Assembly (NCBI GenBank): GCA_016748015.1
Contig: JAAOMT010000375.1
Span: forward strand, 305,156 to 369,155
Length of the DNA stretch: 64,000 bases
From: Geosiphon pyriformis uo1
Lineage: Eukaryota; Fungi; Glomeromycota
Direction of reading: 5' to 3'
Every line of letters starts with the position of its first letter. Within the stretch, counting starts at the first letter, position 1. The position numbers were made by a program, and so were the translations under genes. The notes below the pieces were generated by a model, which saw nothing but the letters and a program-made list of their open reading frames with translations, searched no databases and was not told where the DNA came from. Of the stretch, positions 25,885 through 38,601 are shown piece by piece.

Positions 25885-26761
25885 TGTTACAGATGATTAT
25901 TTGGAGTCTTAAATCAAATAACAAATCCGTAACTTGGTACTCAATTGATAAAATTTGTTGGTAATATCTGAAGGTGTTGTTTTATTTGAAGGTTTTGTTG
26001 TAGAGTTCTTTGTATAATAGACAAAAATTTAATGGTTGTCTTTTCAGTAGTTTCCCAGAATCGCAATTCTATTGAATTTTTTTCTCAGCATGGTGGCCAG
26101 TAATCTTGGCAGAGATGCCCTTTTGGTAAGCTATCCTTAAATTCTCAATTCCTATAACCTTCCTTTGGAGTTTTTTACCAGGCTATTTGTAATATCAATA
26201 TCTCAGCACTTAATCTTCAAGTAATTAGTAGAACAAAAAAAATAACTAAAATAAAAGAAAATAAAAGAGATAAGCCAAGGCAATAAATGTTTGTATCCTA
26301 TCAATAGCCGTGATCAAGAGCTATTGTTCCAGTGTATTTAAGTATCAATTACTATCAACATGAAGTGTTAATAGTAGAGAGTGGGATTGAAATAAAGAAT
26401 ATTTATTTATTTGATATTTGTGAATTAAAAGGTCACTTAGATGAAATCTTAGCTGGGAGGTTTTCTAACTAAAAGATTCTGTCTTTTCTATTTCTAATAC
26501 TACCACTATATATACATAATTAAGATTCCTTAATTTTTCAATTCTTCACACCAGGAATTCTGGAATTCCTAGAATTCTACAATTCCTTTTGAGAGAAATT
26601 CTGGAATTCTGGAATCTTGCAATTCCTTTGTATGAGAATCCTGCAATTCCTGGAATCCTGTAATTCCTCTTGAGAGAGATCTTAGAATTCCACATTTACT
26701 ATGGCTACTTCTAATTGGCTAATTTATATGCTAATATACTTCTTATATTTTATAAGTAACA
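25885..26761 (-). repeat. B2 3' LTR (877 bp)
   Basis: TGTTACAGATG...AGTAACA; GGAATTCC-type 9-bp array at ~26553-26692. Confidence 0.92.
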
Positions 26762-26774
26762 TTATTCTCTCTTT

Positions 26775-27443
26775 TTAATATTGAGCTCTGTTGAGATTTT
26801 CCAAATCTCCTAACTCTAATTCTCTGTCATTGAGTATTTCTTGAACTTTTTTTTTGAGAATTGCTTGGGTTATCTTGTTTTGTAATTCTTCAAATTGAGT
26901 GTTGGTTATTTTTCCTATCTGGTTCACTATAATAGAGTCCAATTCCAGATTAAATAAGATTTCTGGTCTGTCTTAGAATCCTGTATGTAGCCAATAAATG
27001 ACTCTTGCTTGTATAGTCAAATTGTTTTTTTCCACAAACTGTTCTAGTTGTTGCAATATTGTTGTGTTGAATAACCATTTTGTTTTATCCATGTATAAGT
27101 TTTGAATGTTCAAGTGCCATTCCAAATGGAAATAACAAAAGTTTCTTGGAAATTCGTATATCCACCATTTCCAAGTTTCTTTAGTCAACTCTTAATATGT
27201 GGTGACACTTGTTGGTTTTTTTATTGCTAATTTTATTTTTAGAACTATTTTGTTAATAGTGCTTTCTGTTTTCCTTTGACTTTTGTATTTGGATATCTTT
27301 CTGGTATCTCAGTATCAAATGGTTTGTTAATTGATAGTAATTTCTATATTCTGTTGTTGAATTAGTTGAAAAAGTTGTTGTGCTAGTAAGTAGATATTGT
27401 CAGTGATTTCTATTTTTCTGAAGTCTTTTGTCATGTCTACCAT
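26775..27443 (-). pseudogene. B2 ORF3, ~222 aa accessory protein of unknown function
   Basis: ATG at 27443 is in frame with ORF-track piece 26973-27188 and a stop at the PPT. A homologous frame exists in C2 (FKQVEEFIGRNNL vs LQQLEQFVEKNNL). Confidence 0.7.
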
Positions 27444-27473
27444 GTCTTTATATATTCTTTTTATTGTTCAATT

Positions 27474-30400
27474 TTATGTGTTTGGTCCAATAATTATGGT
27501 TGGTTCCAGATCTCATGGAATCTTATCTGGTTGGACTAGTATTCTCTGTACTCCTAATTATGGAATATTACTGGTGGATGGTGACACTATATAGTAATAT
27601 GGTTTCAGTCGATTATCATGTGCTGTTTTGGTTAAGATTTTGTTGTTCTATCTTAATTTATAAGCTCCTTTTCCAAGAATTTCTTCTATGTAAAATGGTC
27701 TATTCCATTTGAAGTCAAATTTTTCACTCTATTGTTTTTCTATCTTAGTATGATGTAGAAGTACTTTGTCTCCAATCTTGAATTCAACTGGTTTATCTGG
27801 TAGTTGGTTATTGTGTCTTTTTTTTTGTTTCTTTTGTAACTTTTGGATATTATCAGCTGCTTTTTGCCATTTGTTTTTTAATGTCTTCATTAAATCATAT
27901 GTTCTTCTTAGCAATGTTCTTTAGAAATTCTCTTCTGTTATTGGTTCTGTTGAATATGTTTTGACTTCTATCTTAACTGGTAATGTTGCTGTTCTACCAT
28001 AGACTAATTCAAATGGTATTGCTTGTGTAGTGTCTTGCTTCATTGTTCAATATGCAAATAATACTGATGGTATGATTAAATCTCATTCATCTTGGTTTTC
28101 TTGGCTGATTTTGGCTATTGTTTTACACAGTGTTTTGTTGAATCTTTCGACTAATCCATTTGTTTGTAGATAGTATGATGATGATAATGGTCTTTTTATT
28201 CCAAATCTTTGACTTAATTCTGCTAATGTTCTATTTACAAAGTGAGTTTCTTGATCAGATAATAATTCTTTTGGACATCCGTGTTGACAGATCAGATCTT
28301 GATGAATAAATTCAGCAACAAATTTTGCATCTGCTCTTTGAATGACTTTTGCTTCTGGCCATTTAGTGAAATAGTCCATGATTACTGCAATATATTTGTT
28401 GCTTCTGCTGGTGATTGTTAATGGTCTGACTAAGTCAATTCCAATACAATCAAATGGTTGTCTTACTTTAATTGGTTTCAATGGTTCATTGGATTTTGTT
28501 CCTCCTCTTCTTTAACAAGCATCACAGTTTTGAACATACTGGATGATATTTGAATACATTGATAGCCAATAGTATTTTTTCCTAGTTTTTTTTATGGTTG
28601 CTTCTTTATGAAAATGTTCTGCTGTTAGATCTGAATGCATGTTAAATAATATTGTCTCTTTTTCTGATTCTGTAATTACTCTTATTGGCTGGTCTGGATT
28701 TTTTCTGTTTTTCTGGTAAAGTATATTTTGATAATTAAAAAAATATTTTGATTGTTGTTTTATGTTGTTTTGTTTCTTTTAAGATAATTTCTCCTTAAAC
28801 AATTGGATATTTATATAATATTGGAGTTGTTAGTATTTTTATATATTCATCTTTTGTTATATTTTTGGGTTAAAATGTTTTTAGATTTGTCTTATTTGCA
28901 ACAAACTGTCAGCATTTCTATTGTCTTTTTCTTTTTTATAATGTAGTGTATAATTGAATGATGAAAATTCTATTTTCCATCTAGCATGGCAGTTATCTCT
29001 AAATTCTTGCTTCTGAATTGAAGTCAATCCCTTGTGATTAGTGTATATTTCAAACTTTTGACTCAAGTATTTTTTTCACTTGATGACAACTCAATAGATG
29101 GCTAAGTGTTCTAGTGCTGGAGTTCTATAGTTTTTTTCAGCTGGAGTTAAGCTTTTATTGATATAAGCTACTGGATGCTCTCTTTTATCTGGTTCTCTCT
29201 GTAATAGTACTACTCCCAATGCTTGACCAAATGCATCAGTTGTAATTATGAATGGCTTGTTATAATCTAGATAGATCAGTACTGGAGCTTGAATAAGCTT
29301 TCTTCTTAATGTATCAAAAGCTTTTTGTTGGATTTCTGTCTATATATATTTGGTGTTCTTTGTTTGGAGTTGGTGTAGTGATTGAGCTATTTTGGAAAAA
29401 TCTTTGATGAAATGGTAGTAGTATCCAGCAAATCCCAAGAATGCTCTCAATTCTGTGAAATTATTTGGTACTGAAAAGTTCTTGACAATCTCAATCTTGT
29501 CTGAATTTGTTTTGATTCCATCTTTGCTCACAACATGCCCCAAAAACTTAAGTTCAGTTTTTTCAAAGAAACATTTGGTTGCATTTAGCTTTAATTCGGC
29601 TCTTCTTAGTCTTTTAAACACTTGTTGGAGATAATGCAAATGATCATCGAATGTTTTTGAGAATACATTAGTGTTGTCCAAGTATATGACTACTGATTTC
29701 TATAGTAGCCCAGTATAAACAATTTTCATAAATTGCTGGAAAGTGGCTGGAGCATTCATCAAGCCAAATGGCATTACTTCAAATTCAAAGTTTCCTTCTC
29801 ATATTGTGAAAGCTGTTTTCTCTTTGTCTTTTGGTTTTATGGCTACTTGCCAGTAACCACTGTCTAAGTTTAACATTGAAAACCATTTTTTTCTTTCAAA
29901 AGCATCAAAAAGTTCTTGGATCTTTGGAGTTAGATAGCTGTCTCCTTTTGTTACTCTATTCAGTTTCCAGTAATCTACACAAAAGCAGATTTTCCCATTT
30001 TTCTTATGGACTAGTACCACTGATAATGACCATAAACTCATAGATGACTGAATTAGTTCATTGTTAAGCATCTAATTGATTTCTTGACAAATAATCTTAT
30101 GGCTAGCTGGTAGTATTCTGTATGTTTTCTGTTTAATTGGCATTACATCTTTAGTTTTGATTTGGTGTTGGATGATGTTAGTTCTGCCAAATTCATTCTC
30201 ACTTGTAAAGATGTTATTGAAATTGTTAAGTAACATCTTGAGTTGCATACATTGTAATAGATCTAGATTTCTCAAGTTCATCTGTTCGAATTGTTTTGGT
30301 TGAAGCAGATAACATTTTTCTCATCTGTATATGGTTTGAGATGTGATATCTACATATCCACACAGTTGTAAAAAGTCTGAAATGGTGTTTGGAAGTTGGT

Positions 30401-33400
30401 CTTCAATTTCTGTGGTTAAGTATCTGATGGTGGTTCCTGCTGGTATCTCAATGATATCTTCTGTGTTGTTGTAAATAAGGATTTTGATGTAACTGTGGTT
30501 CTTTGCTGGTATGTATAAGTTAACTAAACCAATTTTTTCTGATTCACAAAGTGTTGCTTCTGCTTCAAAAATCTGGATCTGATCTTTTACTTTTCTCTCT
30601 ATAACTACCATGTATTGGTTATATAGTGGAATGGAAATTTGTTGATAGGTGGAGATAATTTCTCTCTTGTCAATAATTTCTTCCTCTGCCATATTAACTG
30701 GTACATTTATTCTATCTGTTGATCTGAATCCTTGTATCCTTTTAGCCATAATTCCTAACTCTTCCCTGTTTTTCACTGATACTAATTGAGCTATTTTCAC
30801 CAGAGGCAGGAATATTGCCTGTACTATCTTTTCATTTGGCTTTATGACATAGGCCTTTTTTAAATCGTTTTGTAGTATTGCAATAATATTTCCTACATAT
30901 CCTGCATCAATTATTCTTCCTCTGATGTTAATTCTTTTTTTCACTAAACTACTCCTAGGTACTAGTTAAACCATTGTTGTTGTTGGGATTTCTAATGCTA
31001 TTTTGAGATCAATGTATGTGTGTAAGTGTGGTTTCAATTTGATGGCATCCTTCTTTGGATATCTTAGATTAAACTTGGCATCAGTATTATGTGTATATTC
31101 TGGCATAATACCTTCATTGTTATTGCTAAACCATTTAAGTTCCTGCTCCTTAGAAAGGTTAGGAAGCACAATGTATATATCAGAATTTGAATTGGAGTCC
31201 GAATTATTGTAATTTTTATTGCCATTTTAAATGGAACTGGAACCATTATTTTTGTCATTATCATTGTTAGAGTTTGAATTGGGATTGAAACTTGATCTCG
31301 ATTCTAATGTGCAGCTACTGATTGGTTTTTCTTCTTCTGGAATTGTGTAAATCATGCATGTTGGTGAATTGTAAATAAAGTCACACTTATTACAATATTA
31401 AAAGTTACAGGGAATTAAGCAATATTAACATAATTAAGTATTCAACTGTTCTAAACACTACTTTTGTTCTTCTCTAATGGGTGCTAAATTTTGATAGTGC
31501 TCATGGAATTCTTTGAAGTCTGTTTTCAGGTCCAGAAAAGCATCTGGATTGAGAACCAATACAATATTGACTGGTTCTAAGAGGTTGTTCTTGATTTCTA
31601 GTATTTTACTGGCTGTGGCATCTTCTATTTTGGCATTTACTATCCACCAGATCTCGTCTTTGTCATGTGGGTAACCATCCAATGGAAGATTGCTTGGTGC
31701 CAGATGGTAGTAACAGGTGTTTCATAACTTACCCAGTTGCTGATGAGAATCATGTATTGGCACAAACCATTGCATGTTTTTTCTTGACCAGAAATGTCAT
31801 TCCACATTCCTTTGTTAAGCAATTGTTCTCTACAAGCAAGACATGATTTATTGTTCTACTTGCCTTGTTACTTTAAATAGCCATACTATTCTCTGTGGCA
31901 TGGCTTGCAGTAATAGTAGGTTCATGTCCAGTAATTTTTGTCTGGCATGATCCAAGCTCCCATGGAAAAAAGTTTCTTCTCACAGTTTTTGTATTTGAGA
32001 GATATGTATAGTGGTTTTTTTATTGGTTCCTGTAAGTACTCTCTTTTCCAGCCACTAGTTGTTTCTTCTATGGTGGTGGTTTTTTTGGGTAGGTCTTTTT
32101 CTTTTCTTTTTCCTTTCCCTTTGTTGGTTTTTTCTCATTTCCAGGTTGGCAGTTTGTCTGAGCCATTGTTAGTTTCCCAGGTTTGGTTGGCATTCCAGGT
32201 AAGTTCTTTCTTTTGTGTTCTTTTTCTGTCATCATCCCAAGAGAGTATTGGTGGTAGTTTGTTGTGGTTTTTATCAGCCCATGATATTTGATAGGCTTTT
32301 TAAAGAGATTTGGTTATCTCTTTCTCGAGTTCTATTAACAGTGCTGGCATGTTAATGGTCTTGAAATAACTGGACATTGCTGGTGTTTGTATATGTTAAC
32401 TATTTTGGCTGATTTGCAACTCTTGGGTGGTCCAGTTAAGCATTGTGTTGGTTTTGAACAGCCAATTATTCCCAACTAGAGCTTAATATTAGGTGGCTTC
32501 CATAATTAATATTTTGATTAGTACTATAATGCTATTAACCTCTATTGGGAGATCATCAATCTTACCAATGGAAGTTTTGGTTGCTCCATCAGTAGTGATT
32601 ATGCATGCACTAGCAGCACAATCAACTCGGTGACCTAATTGGTCTATGAGTTGTCATGTAATAATGCTGCCAGTTGATTCATTATCTAAGATCAATTTGA
32701 TGACGTGACCATTCACTTTCACAGTTTCCTTGAGTTCGAAAAAAAAAATAGCTGCTAGGAATTTGTCATTGAAAATGGTTGCTGGTGGAATATTGCTAAT
32801 AAGTGGCTGCTTTTGTTTGGATTTCCGGTTGTTGGGTGAAATGTCTTCTGGAGTAACCAGAAGCCTTAAATACTGTTGGGCATTTGGGTTTTAGGTGTAT
32901 CTGGTGCCCGAATTCCATTGTTGAGATCCTGATAACTGGGTCGAGGAACTAGAGATTGGTTGATAGACTACCATTGACAATCTTCAGCTCTGTTAGGTCA
33001 GTCTCAGCCTTTGGGTTCTGTTTTAAGGTAAGTTTTGTTACAGTGTTTGAATTTGTTGAGATTGATAGATTACTTGAGACTGCAGCTGATAGATAGACTG
33101 GAACTGCAGTTGATAAATTATGGATGTTGTCAGTTAATAAACTGGTGGTTGATAGATTGGCTGTTGTGTCATATATAAGTAATTCAGTTGATATTGTTCT
33201 GTTGATTGATTACTGACATAATTCTGTGATTGTAGTCAACAATCAAAGTTTTGATACTGATTAGCTAATCTTAGGTTGCTTATCTTTTTTTGGCATTCAA
33301 ATTGTAAATGTCTTTGTTTACTACAATAGTGGCATATACACATTTTTTGTTGTCATGGTTGATTGATTGATGCTGAACACAATTGATTTTGGGTACAATT

Positions 33401-35090
33401 TGAGTTTTCTTGATTATTGCATTATTGAGAAGGTTAATAAATTGCATGATTGTTAGCTAAGTACCCTTCTAATTTTTGATTGATTGAATTACTGTATTGT
33501 TTTAATTTAGAATCCAATTCAGATAATCCATTTATTACTAGATTTACAGCTTGGGCATGGTTTGCTTCGAGTTTAGCCAATTCAAAATCTCTGGCATTTG
33601 TAACTGTGGCTTGAAGGTCTGCTGGATGTATTGGGCATATGTACTGGAGGATACTACTGCACAGTCCTCTAATGAATTGATTCAAAATTTGTGGTGTTGT
33701 AAAATAATCAGCCTGTATGACCTGAATTTGGCACAGATTTCTGTAGAAGTGTCCTAAGTAAATGGTAACTGCTTTATTTTCTCCTTGTTTGATAGTGGTA
33801 AAGATGTTAGCTAGGTGATTAATACTGTTATTATTACTGAAATACCCCAGAAATGCAACTTTAAATTCTTGGAATGTTTGAGATTTGGTAACTAAACTTT
33901 GATATCATGAGTTGGCGGTATCCTGTAAGAAATAAGGGATGGCTTGGAGTGCTCTCGCATTATTTTATCTATTAGCCGTAATGGCTTTTTCAATGTTATT
34001 GAGCCAAATTTGGGTGTTGTCTTTTTCGCCAGTGAATTTCTTGAGTTTTGCTATTGAAGTATAGGCCATTGGATCCAAGTTTGGTTGTTAAAGTTGTTGT
34101 TGTGGCTGTTGAAGCAGCTGTTGTAGTTGTTGGGGTGATTAAAATGGCTGCTGTTGAATCAGTTTAATAACCAGTTCAATTGGTGGTTGCTTAATAACGA
34201 GTACTGGAAATAAGTTTTACTAATTAATTATTTTGGGGTTTATATTGTTTGGATTTTGAGGAATTTGAAAGTTTGGAGTTTCAGTTTCTGGGTTTTCTAA
34301 ATTTGGATCTTGCTGAGTCTGAAAGTTTGGGGTTTTAATGTCTGGATTTTCCAGAATCAGTTTTTGATAAGTAAATTCTTGATCTTCGGCTTCTTCTTTT
34401 TTCTCTTTCTCTGATTCTGTTATCTCCCAAGGACTTGTGTTTCTGAAATCTGGTTGAGGTGATGGTGATCGGAATTCTGATGGCATTGGCGATCACAATT
34501 TAAATCCTTCAAAATAATCATCATAGATTTCTAATAATTCTGCTTTCTTTTGTTTACTTTGAAAAGAGAGTTGCCCAAATGTTAATGTTATGTTTGATGT
34601 GAATGCACCTGTTAATGAGATGTTAATGGCACTTTCTGGTGTATAATAGTATGATGGATTGGTTGGTAATTCAATTCTGGTTTTTTTCCAAGTGGGTGGT
34701 TGTATTTGGTTTGGTATTACTGCTGATGTTTGTAATTTTTCCTTGCCTTTGTCTGCATATGTGATTGAGAATTATTGTTGTGTATATTTTTCAATGGTTT
34801 GGTTTATTTCTTTAATAATTGGTGCAAAACTGTAGCTCTTTGGTAAGCTAGTATGTTGGAATAATTCTGTATAAAAATTTTCTCTTGCGGATTCAATATT
34901 AATTATTCCTCCTAAACAGTCTGTGATTTTGTTGTTGATGTAGAAGTTGAAGACTGATTCTGCTGGAAAGTGGTTATTGTTTAATTCTAATTGTTGGCTG
35001 TACTGTTGAAACAAAAATTTCATGAATTTTAAATGGTTTGCTTCTATTCTTTCTGATTCTACTACTTTTGGGATGGGTGTAATTGGTGCT
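27474..35090 (-). pseudogene. B2 gag-pol (capsid, CCHC, PR, Cys-rich domain, dUTPase, RT, RNase H, integrase)
   Basis: LNQFIRGL capsid end, CHYCSKQRHLQFEC knuckle, KLILDNESTGSII protease, FCVDYWKLN, YLDN, GIDLVRPL...LLSDQETHF...TNGLVERFN, FKIGDKVLL. Confidence 0.9.
30712..31100 (-). pseudogene. dut: Trimeric dUTPase domain within B2 pol
   Basis: All five motifs are recognisable despite G>A decay: DAKFNL (AGFDL), PRSSL, IIDAGYVGNI, NEKIVQ, KRIQGFRST (RGxxGFGST). Confidence 0.88.
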
Positions 35091-35128
35091 GGTTCTTTGT
35101 AGGATTATACTTCATAAGGAGTGCCAAA

Positions 35129-35981
35129 TATTACAGATAATTATTTGGGATCTCAAATCAAATAACAAACTCATAACTTGGTGCTCAATTGATAAAATTT
35201 GTTGGTAATATCTGAAAGTGTTGTTTTATCTGAAGATTTTGTTGTAGAGTCTTTTGTATAATGAACAGAAATTTAATAATTGTCTTTCCAGTAGTCTCCC
35301 GGAATTGCAATTCCATCAAATTTTTTTCTCAGCATAGTGGCCAGTAATCTTGACAGAGATGCCCTTCTGGTAAGCTATCCTTAAATTCTCAATTCCTATA
35401 CCCTTCCTTTGGGGTCTTTTACCAGGCTATCTATGATGTCAATATTTCAGCATTTAATCTTCAAGTAATTAGTAGAACAAAAGAAATAACTAAAATAAAA
35501 AAAAATAAAAGAGATAAGCCAAGGCAATAAATGTTAGTATCCTATTAATAGCTGTGATCAAGAGCTATTGTTCCAGTGTGTTTAAGTATTAATTACTATT
35601 AACATGAAGTGTTGATAGTGATGAGTGGAATTGAAATAAAAAATAATTATTTATTTGATATTTGTGAATTGGAAGATCACTTAGATAAAATCTAAGCTGG
35701 AAGGTCTTCTAACTAAAAGATTCTGTTTTTTTTACTTCTAATGCTATCATCATATATACATAATTGAAATTTCTCAATTTCTCAATTCTTTACACCAGGA
35801 ATTCCAGAATTCCTGGAATCCTGCAATTCCTTTTAAGAGGAATCCTGGAATTTTGGAATCCTGGAATTTCTAGAATCTTGCAATTCCTCTTAAGAAAGAT
35901 CTTGGAATTCCATATTTACTATGGCTACTTCTAATTGGCTAATTTATATGCTAATATACTTCCTATATTTTATGAGTAATA
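35129..35981 (-). repeat. B2 5' LTR (853 bp)
   Basis: Direct repeat of 25885-26761 with decayed termini (TATTACAG...AGTAATA). Confidence 0.92.
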
Positions 35982-36329
35982 TCATGTATTATAAACAAAG
36001 TGATTATTAAAAATTGTTTTATATTGATCTTGTAAGATATAAAAACTATTATTTAAAACTTTGTTAATTAAAAAGAGTTTTTTCATTGGCTAAAGAATTT
36101 ATTACTATAAACATTGTTTTTGTCTAAACAGTATTCTAAAACTAAGTTATTAACACTTAAAAAAAGTGTTTTATAAGATTTCTTTTTTTTAAACTTCTCT
36201 TGAAACTGTTTTATCTTTTCAAAGACAATTATCTGTGCTTTTATTAAGGAGTCAAAAATGATATCAAGTTTTTTTTACAAAATGTCTTTGTAATCTTTTA
36301 TTGTAATTTTTTTAAGAATATTGTTTTAA

Positions 36330-37039
36330 TTTACTAAAGCTTAATCTCTTTAAAAAGAATGATATTATAATTAAAACTTATAATTTTTATTAGTTATTAC
36401 ATATATTAGCTACTAATATTATATAATTAGCCACTCTATTTTTAGATAATAATTATTGACCTAATTAATAATTTGAATATTAACATAATTATTAACTTAA
36501 TTATTAACTATTTTAAATAGCTATATAAGTAATAAGTTTTTTAGTTGTAAAAAAATATGTAAAAAATCAAAAAAATAAAACAATATTTATTAATTTATTT
36601 TTTCTTTTATTGTTTGTTTCTCTTTTTTTATTCTTTATTTTCAAGTATTTAAATATTTTAGAATAAAAAATTACTTGTTGGTATTTATTTATCTTTTTCT
36701 GATCTGTATAATTGTAGGATTTAAAAATTATTAAATAAAACATAACTAAAGAGCACATCTGATACTTGATATTAAATTCTAAAAATGCTAACATAAGGCA
36801 TAGAATTATATCAGTGTGTTATTATTTGTTAATAATATAAACTATCTCTCTACTTTTAAATTCTTCAATTATCTTTTAAAAAAAATAACAACTAAGATAT
36901 TTTATGAAATTAATCTTGCATATTAAATTTATATTTATTTAATTTGTTCTTTAAAGTTAAATTTTTTTTGATTAATTTCATTACTCTACAATTTTGTTAT
37001 TTTTTGTTATTCATTAATTTGTTACTCTAATCTGTAATA
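36330..37039 (+). mobile_element. A5: remnant of a family A element (~33 bp including PPT, plus 3' LTR 36363-37039), inverted inside A2
   Basis: TTTACTAAAGCTTAATCTCTTTAAAAAGAATGA followed by TATTATAA matches the A3 pre-PPT/PPT/LTR junction; A2 RT resumes at 37040. Confidence 0.78.
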
Positions 37040-37626
37040 ATTTTATCCAAGTAAATTAAAACAAAGTTTTCTTTTACTTATTTAAATATTTTGTTTATTA
37101 AGCATTAAAAAGTAAGAGAAATATTGATAAGACCAAAAGTCATGATTATAAATTTATAGATATCATATTGGTAATAAAAACTGTTTTTTTTTACTTTCTG
37201 AATTTATTTTTACTTGTTAAAATCCAGTAGTTAAATTAATAGTTAAAAAGAAAACAGCACCATTAAATTGGTTTAGCATTGCATTAATCTTAAATAGTAG
37301 ATACATATCTTTTTTAGTAATGGTATTTAATTAACAGTAGTCAATACAAAAGCATAGAGTTTTATTTTTCTTAGATATCACTATAATTAGAAAAACTTAT
37401 TTGCTTTTGGTTTTTTGTATAAATTTAAGATATTTCATTTCATTTATTTTTTTTTAATAAATTTATTATTGTAGTGATTGAATTAATAAGACTTTAAGTA
37501 GATAAAACAAGTTTTTTTGATGATAATAGTATGTTGTATTACATAAGTTTGTCTAAAAATATTACTTTTTTTTTCTTTTAGAGAGAGTTTTTTTTATTTT
37601 ATTACTAATAATTATATCTTAAACAA

Positions 37627-38601
37627 TATTATTTATAAAATATAAGAAGTATATTAGCATATAAATTAGCCAATCAGAAGTAGACATAGTAAATATGGAA
37701 TTCCAAAATTCCTCTCAAAGGAATTGTAGGATTCCAAAAATTTCAGGATTCTCATATGAGGAATTGCAGGATTTTAGAATTCCAGAATTTTTTTTAAAAG
37801 AATTACAAGATTCCAAGAATTCCAGAATTCCTGGCTAGAGAATTGAAGAATTCAAGGAATCTTGTACAATGAAGTTTATGTATATATAGCAGTAATATTA
37901 GAAGCTAGAAAATTAGACTTCCAGAGTCAGTAAAACTTTCAGAGTCAATTAGACTCACAAGTCATAATTATTAGAATTACAAGGACTTTTTAGTTTAAAT
38001 TTGATCTAAGCAACTTTCCACATCACAAATATTAATAAATAATTATTTGCTATTTCAAATCGACTCTCTACTATCAACTCTTCATGTTGATAGTAATCAA
38101 TACTTAAACACACTGAAACAATAGCTCTTGATTATGGCTATTAACAGAATATTAACTTGCAAACACCTTGGCTTATTTCTTTATCTCTTTTTTATTTTTT
38201 TTTATTTTTTATTTTTTATTTTTTTGTCTTTTGTTTGGTACTAATTGATTAAAAAGATTAAAGTGCTGAATTATTAATGTCACAGATAGCCTGGTAAAAG
38301 ATCCAGAAATAAGAGTAAAATTATATATATATTATCAGATAGCTTACCAAAAGGGCACAACTGCTAGAATAAATCTAGCCACCAAGCTGAGAAAAAAATT
38401 GGGCAGAATTGCAATTCTGGAAACTACTACAATTACCACTGAATCTCTGTCTATTATACAAAAAACTCAACCACTAAAACTTTCAAATTAACAAAACCTT
38501 CAGATCCATAATACCTTCAGAAATCAACACTATTATATTAATTAAGTACCAAGTTACAGATTTGTTATTTGTTTTGAGACCCCAAATAATCATCTGTAAC
38601 A
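37627..38601 (+). repeat. Solo LTR B3 (975 bp) inside A2 pol
   Basis: B-type U3 with GGAATTCC array, ends ATCTGTAACA, TSD ACAA/ACAG. Confidence 0.87.

Larger units (their letters stand above)
25885..35981 (-). mobile_element. Element B2: full-length decayed dUTPase-encoding Gypsy LTR retrotransposon (10097 bp)
   Basis: Paired LTRs 25885-26761 and 35129-35981, TSD TTAT/TCAT, PBS TGGCACTCCTTATGAAG (35110-35126), PPT AAAAAGAGAGAATAA (26762-26776). The host A2 integrase resumes exactly after it. Confidence 0.93.

Noticed and set aside
26553-26692. Regular GGAATTCC repeats (also 35797-35912, 37697-37862) and other LTR arrays as CRISPR arrays
   Set aside because: Short head-to-tail units without unique spacers, inside LTR U3, no cas genes, eukaryotic context.
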